Shown one piece after another: positions 56,961-64,000 of a stretch of DNA of 64,000 nt. Every line of letters begins with the position of its first letter. Position 1 is the stretch's first letter. The translations under genes were made by a program, and so were the position numbers. Below the pieces are notes generated by a model. It searched no databases and was not told the origin of the DNA. It was given only the letters and a program-made list of their open reading frames with translations. Source of the stretch: Mya arenaria (taxonomy: Eukaryota); assembly GCF_026914265.1 (NCBI RefSeq), contig NC_069133.1:48609355-48673354 (forward strand), written 5' to 3'.

Positions 56961-57470
56961 CTGTAGAATACAGAAGATTGAACATAAACCATAGTAATAT
57001 AATATACTGTAATTTAGATATGTCTCGACAGTATAATATGTGGCGTCTTAGATGTTATTTCTCTGAATACAGTTTGCAAGATACTTGTACAACTCACTCT
57101 AGAGTTGTTCACCTCTGTGTCATTCTGGGCTGTAGAATAAGATTTAACATTATAATTAAAATAACTAAATATATTCTAATCTAAACAAGTTTGTGCAGCC
57201 TTAATTAAATTGTCCAACTTAATGTTTTTCCACAAATAATTAGCGAGGTAGTTGTTTGCTTTACTCTAGCCCTCATCACTCTGGAACATTTTTGGGCTGT
57301 AAGACTCAGAACATTACATAAATAATAATACTGTGGTATAGTCTAGACATGTCTGCGAGACATTGATAGACATTACTCTAAATTTTCACTCTGATCCAAA
57401 TAACTCCGCATCTTTTCCGGCCATTGAAATACAGACAGTTTCACTCTGATTCTTGCACTTTTTAACTGTG
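56835..57470 (-). repeat. About 170-bp tandem array x about 3-4. Copy 1 contains the CDC23 penultimate exon. Upstream copies (about 57040-57140, about 57225-57310 and about 57380-57460) are progressively decayed
   Basis: GATACTTGTACGCTTCACTCTGGCCCTCGTAACTCTG / GATACTTGTACAACTCACTCTAGAGTTGTTCACCTCTG / GGTAGTTGTTTGCTTTACTCTAGCCCTCATCACTCTG, each followed by GGCTGTAGAAT/GGCTGTAAGAC. Confidence 0.75.
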
Positions 57471-58237
57471 AGATATCATAAAATATTTTAAACAAATACT
57501 ACTTGTAAGGTTCAGTATGACGATGAACTTTGTTACTCTGCCAATTAAATATGTTTGAGCATGCATGTACAGTAAAACTGCGGTGGTTCGAACAGGCGGT
57601 GGTTCGAGAACCGGCGGTCCCTCGAGGTCGGAGCTTGGTCCCGAACATTTTTCCTTCTATTTTCATATAAAATATACTGATGCTGCATCGAAACCTAATT
57701 ATGTCAAGGAGTCGAGGACAATAGGGGGTCCCAAATACACAAATCATGCACAAAACCTTATGGCTCCCTCGAGGTCATAATTTCACACTTTATCCCGAAC
57801 GTATGTCCCAAGAAAAAAAAACAATTGCTAGGAGTTTTCGCAAGTTCTAAAAAAAAAAAGACAGTTAAAGGAGATTTGATTAGGTGTGAAAAACGTTCTT
57901 CACTGTTTACGCATTACCAATGATAGTTGATAAGGGCATTTGAGAAGATAATTAATAGTTTTAACAGTTTCGCGAGACAGACAAGATGCGCCAATCGTCA
58001 ATCCTTGAAGTTCTGAATCTTAAATCTGACTAATGCCATAATTTGTACTGTCATATTTAAATGTTGAATGTTTAGAAAATGTGTTTTTCATAAAAAATAA
58101 ACATAAATATTTATTCATCTTTAATTGTTTTTCTTTTACACTTCGTATACGAGGGCCTTTGAACATATGAGCGATTTCCACAACACAACACATAATCGGT
58201 GTCGTAGTAAACAGTCGGTTTGACGACTTAAAAACTT

Positions 58238-61200
58238 GTATTGTAGAAGTTATGGGACTAGCTGGACATGTGTGTGTTGTAGTAGTTATGGGACTAGCTG
58301 GACATACGTGTATTGTAGTAGTTATGAGACTAGCTGGACATACGTGTATTGTAGTAGTTATGGGACTAGCTGGACATACGTGTATTGTAGTAGTTATGGG
58401 ACTAGCTGGACATACGTGTATTGTAGTAGTTATGGGACTAGCTGGACATACGTGTATTGTAGTAGTTATGGGACTAGCTGGACATGTTTGTATTGTAGTA
58501 GTTATGGGACTAGCTGGACATGTGTGTATTGTAGTAGTAGTTATGGGACTAGCTGGACATGTGTGTATTGTAGTAGTTATGAGACTAGCTGGACATGTAT
58601 GTATTGTAGTAGTTATGGGACTAGCTGGACATGTATGTATTGTAGTAGTTATGGGACTAGCTGGACATGTGTGTATTGTAGTAGTTATGGGACTAGCTGG
58701 ACATGTGTGTATTGTAGTAGTTATGGGACTAGCTGGACATGTTTGTATTGTAGTAGTTATGGGACTAACTGGACATGTGTGTATTGTAGAAGTTATGGGA
58801 CTAGCTGGACATGTGTGTATTGTAGTAGTTATGGGCCAGCTGGACATGTGTGTATTGTAGTAGTTATGAGACTAGCTGGACATGTATGTATTGTAGTAGT
58901 TATGGGACTAGCTGGACATGTATGTATTGTAGTAGTTATGGGACTAGCTGGACATGTGTGTATTGTAGTAGTTATGGGACTAGCTGGACATGTGTGTATT
59001 GTAGTAGTTATGGGACTAGCTGGACATGTTTGTATTGTAGTAGTTATGGGACTAACTGGACATGTGTGTATTGTAGCAGTTATGGGACTAACTGGACATG
59101 TGTGTATTGTAGTAGTTATGGGACCAGCTGGACATACGTGTATTGTAGTTGTTATGTGACTAGCTGGTCATGTGTGTATTGTAGTTGTTATGTGACTAGC
59201 TGGACATAAGTGTATTGTAGTTGTTATGTGACTAGCTGGACATGTGTGTATTGTAGTTGTTATGTGACTAGCTGGTCATGTGTGTATTGTAGTTGTTATG
59301 TGACTAGCTGGTCATGTGTGTATTGTAGTTGTTATGTGACTAGCTGGACATGTGTGTATTGTAGTAGTTATGGGACTAGCTGGACATGTGTGTATTGTAG
59401 TTGTTATGTGACTAGCTGGACATGTGTGTATTGTAGTAGTTATGGGACTAGCTGGACATGTGTGTATTGTAGTTGTTATGAGACTAGCTGGACATGTGTG
59501 TATTGTAGTAGTTATGGGACTAGCTGGACATGTGTGTATTGTAGTTGTTATGTGACTAGCTGGACATGTGTGTATTGTAGTAGTTATGGGACTAGCTGGA
59601 CATGTGTGTATTGTAGTAGTTATGGGACTAGCTGGACATGTGTGTATTGTAGTTGTTATGTGACTAGCTGGACATGTGTGTATTGTAGTAGTTATGGGAC
59701 TAGCTGGACATGTGTGTATTGTAGTAGTTATGGGACTAGCTGGACATGTGTGTATTGTAGTAGTTATGGGACTAGCTGGACATGTGTGTATTGTATTTGT
59801 TATGTGACTAGCTGGACATGTGTGTATTGTAGTAGTTATGGGACTAGCTGGACATGTGTGTATTGTAGTAGTTATGGGACTAGCTGGACATGTGTATATT
59901 GTAGTAGTTATGGGACTAGCTGGACATGTGTGTATTGTAGTAGTTATGGGACTAGCTGGACATGTATGTATTGTAGTGGTTATGGGACTAGCTGGTCATG
60001 TATGTATTGTAGTAGTTATGGGACTAGCTGGTCATGTATGTATTGTAGTAGTTATGGGACTAGCTGGTCATGTGTGTATTGTAGTAGTTATGGGACTAGC
60101 TGGTCATGTATGTATTGTAGTAGTTATGGGACTAGCTGGTCATGTATGTATTGTAGTAGTTATGAGACTAGCTGGACATGTGTGTATTGTAGTAGTTATG
60201 AGACTAGCTGGACATGTGTGTATTGTAGTAGTTATGAGACTAGCTGGTCATGTATGTATTGTAGTAGTTATGGGACTACTGGTCATGTATGTATTGTAGT
60301 AGTTATGGGACTATCTGGTCATGTATGTATTGTAGTAGTTATGGGACTAGCTGGACATACGTGTATTGTAGTAGTTATGGGACTAGCTGGACATACGTGT
60401 ATTGTAGTAGTTATGGGACTAGCTGGACATACGTGTATTGTAGTAGTTATGGGACTAGCTGGTCATGTGTGTATTGTAGTAGTTATGGGACTAGCTAGAC
60501 ATGTGTGTATTGTAGTAGTTATGGGACTAGCTGGACATGTGTGTTTTGTAGTAGTTATGGGACTAGCTGGACATGTGTGTATTGTAGTAGTTATGGGACT
60601 AGCTGGTCATGTGTGTATTGTAGTAGTTATGAGACTAGCTGGACATGTGTGTATTGTAGAAGTTATGTGACTAGCTGGACATGTATGTATTGTAGTAGTT
60701 ATGTGACTAGCTTGACATGTGTGTATTGTAGTAGTTATGTGACTAGCTGGACATGTGTGTATTGTAGTAGTTATGGGACTAGCTGGACATACGTGTATTG
60801 TAGTAGTTATGGGACCAGCTGGACATGTGTGTATTGTAGTAGTTATGGGACTAGCTGGACATGTGTGTATTGTAGTAGTTATGGGACTAGCTGGACATGT
60901 GTGTATTGTAGTAGTTATGGGACTAGCTGGACATGTATGTATTGTAGTAGTTATGAGACTAGCTGGACATGTATGTATTGTAGTAGTTATGGGACGAGCT
61001 GGACATGTGTGTATTGTAGTAGGACTAGCTGGACATGTATGTATTGTAGTAGTTATGAGACTAGCTGGACATGTGTGTATTGTAGTAGTTATGAGACTAG
61101 CTGGACATGCGTGTATTGTAGTAGTTATGGGACTAGCTGGACATGTGTGTATTGTAGTAGTTATGGGACTAGCTGGACATGTGTGTATTGTAGTAGTTAT

Positions 61201-63836
61201 GGGACTAGCTGGACATGTGTGTATTGTAGTAGTTATGGGACTAGCTGGACATGTATGTATTGTAGTAGTTATGAGACTAGCTGGACATGTATGTATTGTA
61301 GTAGTTATGGGACGAGCTGGACATGTGTGTATTGTAGTAGGACTAGCTGGACATGTATGTATTGTAGTAGTTATGAGACTAGCTGGACATGTGGGTATTG
61401 TAGTAGTTATGAGACTAGCTGGACATGCGTGTATTGTAGTAGTTATGGGACTAGCTGGACATGTGTGTATTGTAGTAGTTATGGGACTAGCTGGTCATGT
61501 ATGTATTGTAGTAGTTATGGGACTAGCTGGTCATGTATGTATTGTAGTAGTTATGGGACTAGCTGGTCATGTGTGTATTGTAGTAGTTATGGGACTAGCT
61601 GGACATGTGTGTATTGTAGTAATTATGGGACTAGCTGGTCATGTGTGAATTGTAGTAGTTATGGGACTAGCTGGACATACGTGTATTGTAGTAGTTACGG
61701 GACTAGCTGGTCATGTGTGTATTGTAGTAGTTATGAGACTAGCTGGACATGTGTGTATTGTAGTAGTTATGGGACTAGCTGGACATGTGTGTATTGTAGT
61801 AGTTATGGGACTAGCTGGACATGTGTGTATTGTAGTAGTTATGGGACTAGCTGGACATGTGTGTATTGTAGTAGTTATGGGACTATCTGGTCATGTGTGT
61901 ATTGTAGTAGTTATGTGACTATCTGGACATGTATGTATTGTAGTAGTTATGGGACTAGCTGGACATGTGTGTATTGTAGTTGTTATGTGACTAGCTGGAC
62001 ATGTTTGTATTGTAGTAGTTATGGGACCAGCTGGACATGTATGTATTGTAGTAGTTATGGGACTAGCTGGTCATGTGTGTATTGTAGTAGTTATGAGACT
62101 AGCTGGACATGTGTGTATTGTAGTAGTTATGGGACTAGCTGGACATGTGTGTATTGTAGTAGTTATGGGACTAGCTGGACATGTGTGTATTGTAGTAGTT
62201 ATGGGACTAGCTGGACATGTGTGTATTGTAGTAGTTATGGGACTATCTGGTCATGTGTGTATTGTAGTAGTTATGTGACTATCTGGACATGTATGTATTG
62301 TAGTAGTTATGGGACTAGCTGGACATGTGTGTATTGTAGTTGTTATGTGACTAGCTGGACATGTTTGTATTGTAGTAGTTATGGGACCAGCTGGACATGT
62401 ATGTATTGTAGTAGTTATGGGACTAGCTGGTCATGTGTGTATTGTAGTAGTTATGAGACTAGCTGGACATGTGTGTATTGTAGAAGTTATGTGACTAGCT
62501 GGACATGTGTGTATTGTAGTAGTTATGAGACTAGCTGGACATGTGTGTATTGTAGAAGTTATGTGACTAGCTGGACATGTGTGTATTGTAGTAGTTATGG
62601 GACTAGCTGGTCATGTGTGTATTGTAGTAGTTATGAGACTAGCTGGACATGTGTGTATTGTAGTAGTTATGAGACTAGCTGGACATGTGTGTATTGTAGA
62701 AGTTATGTGACTAGCTGGACATGTGTGTATTGTAGTAGTTATGGGACTAGCTGGACATGTGTGTATTGTAGTAGTTATGAGACTAGCTGGACATGTGTGT
62801 ATTGTAGAAGTTATGTGACTAGCTGGACATGTGTGTATTGTAGTAGTTATGGGACTAGCTGGTCATGTGTGTATTGTAGTAGTTATGGGACTAGCTGGAC
62901 ATAGCTGGACATACGTGTATTGTAGTTGTTATGGGACTAGCTGGTCATGTATGTATTGTAGTAGTTATGGGACTAGCTGGACATGTGTGTATTGTAGTAG
63001 TTATGGGACTAGCTGGTCATGTATGTATTGTAGTAGTTATGGGACTAGCTGGCCATGTATGTATTGTAGTAGTTATGGGACTAGCTGGACATGTGTGTAT
63101 TGTAGTAGTTATGGGACTAGCTGGTCATGTATGTATTGTAGTAGTTATGGGACTAGCTGGTCATGTATGTATTGTAGTAGTTATGGGACTAGCTGGTCAT
63201 GTATGTATTGTAGTAGTTATGGGACTAGCTGGTCATGTATGTATTGTAGTAGTTATGGGACTAGCTGGTCATGTATGTATTGTAGTAGTTATGGGACTAG
63301 CTGGTCATGTATGTATTGTAGTAGTTATGGGACAGCTGGTCATGTATGTATTGTAGTAGTTATGGGACAGCTGGTCATGTATGTATTGTAGTAGTTATGG
63401 GACTAGCTGGTCATGTATGTATTGTAGTAGTTATGGGACTAGCTGGTCATGTGTGTATTGTAGTAGTTATGGGACTAGCTAGACATGTGTGTATTGTAGT
63501 AGTTATGAGACTAGCTGGACATGTGTGTATTGTAGTAGTTATGGGACTAGCTGGTCATGTGTGTATTGTAGTAGTTATGGGACTAGCTGGACATGTGTGC
63601 ATTGTAGTAGTTATGGGACTAGCTGGACATGTCTGTATTGTAGTAGTTATGGGACTAGCTGGACATGTGTGTATTGTAGTAGTTATGGGACTAGCTGGAC
63701 ATGTTTGTATTGTAGTAGTTATGGGACTAAATGGACATGTGTGTATTGTAGTAGTTATGGGACTAGCTGGACATGTGTGTATTGAGTAGTTATGGGACTA
63801 GCTGGACATGTGTGTATTGTGGTATTTATGGGACTA
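58238..63836. repeat. Satellite DNA: 36-bp unit (TGTAGTAGTTATGGGACTAGCTGGACATGTGTGTAT) x about 155, about 5.6 kb, with variant subfamilies and local higher-order repeats of about 310-360 bp
   Basis: Direct reading. Identical 85-aa pseudo-ORFs 360 bp apart (61661 versus 62021). The repeated block 60990-61130 versus 61310-61450. Runs of a GTTGTTATGTGACTAGCTGGTCATG variant at 59150-59350 and of TCATGTATGTATT variants at 62950-63450. Confidence 0.95.
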
Positions 63837-64000
63837 TTTTAAAATTGGGCCAGCAGATTCTGAGGAGAGCATTTTCAAAGTTTTCCAAACAGACAAATAG
63901 TAAAAAGTAGCCGTAACCCCCTGGAAGCCCTCTTTTTACAAGTCAATATAAGATGTAGAACTTCAGATAGAGGGTCATTTCTGAGATATTATTAAACAAG

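Noticed and set aside
58236-63789. Very long plus-strand ORFs (up to 799 aa) and a 275-aa minus-strand ORF with 12-aa periodicity (TSWTCVYCSSYG / MGLAGHVCIVVV / TTIHTCPASPIT)
   Set aside because: They are artefacts of a stop-free 36-bp (12-codon) satellite unit. There is no start context and no complexity, and both strands and several frames are open simultaneously.
42355-63836. CRISPR-like arrays (two independent 36-bp direct-repeat arrays)
   Set aside because: Units abut directly with no unique spacers. The context is eukaryotic (spliced genes, LINE, microsatellites), and one array is derived from an exon.
42355-63836. Possible relationship between the 36-bp intronic array and the 36-bp satellite (same unit length)
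   Set aside because: The unit sequences are unrelated (GGTGGGTACATATCTGTGAAACTGGTAGAGGGCCAA versus TGTAGTAGTTATGGGACTAGCTGGACATGTGTGTAT). The shared length is probably coincidental.

Overview
This window is eukaryotic genomic DNA, AT-rich, with short GT-AG introns. It looks like an invertebrate metazoan. I cannot name the species from the sequence alone. No prokaryotic features are present: no operons, no CRISPR array, no rRNA or tRNA genes.

The main content is one large plus-strand gene from about 10.3 to 51.0 kb. I reconstructed about 50 coding exons, and all intron phases are mutually consistent. The predicted protein is about 2.6-2.7k aa and looks like telomerase-associated protein 1 (TEP1, a telomerase/vault component). 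Its order is an S/T-rich N-terminal region resembling TEP1_N repeats, a TROVE module, a vWA-like segment, a DUF4062-like segment, a NACHT NTPase with Walker A ([11 protein letters not shown]) and Walker B (LVLFLDGFD), then a long WD40 array.

On the minus strand, about 5 kb downstream and tail-to-tail with TEP1, the last two coding exons of a TPR protein match the C-terminus of CDC23/APC8.

The rest is repeats and mobile DNA:
- a 5'-truncated non-LTR (LINE) reverse-transcriptase fragment;
- a MITE-like family with 20-bp terminal inverted repeats, two copies, both in TEP1 introns;
- a 2.5-kb nested inverted-repeat (foldback-like) structure in a TEP1 intron;
- a possible tRNA-derived SINE;
- many micro- and minisatellites;
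- a 5.6-kb array of a 36-bp satellite at the right end of the window, with local higher-order periodicity.

The most unusual signal recurs in both genes. Short segments that span an exon end and its 5' splice site, or parts of an exon body, have been tandemly duplicated into the adjacent intron. Copy number ranges from 1 to about 22, with decay increasing away from the working copy. Examples are a 36-bp unit x about 22 and a 151-bp unit x about 3.5 downstream of two WD40 exons, 95-bp and about 120-bp triplications at the Walker A and Walker B exons, and a 170-bp decaying array at the CDC23 penultimate exon. These arrays place many consensus GT donors next to the authentic splice sites.

All coordinates were read by eye and may be off by a few bp.
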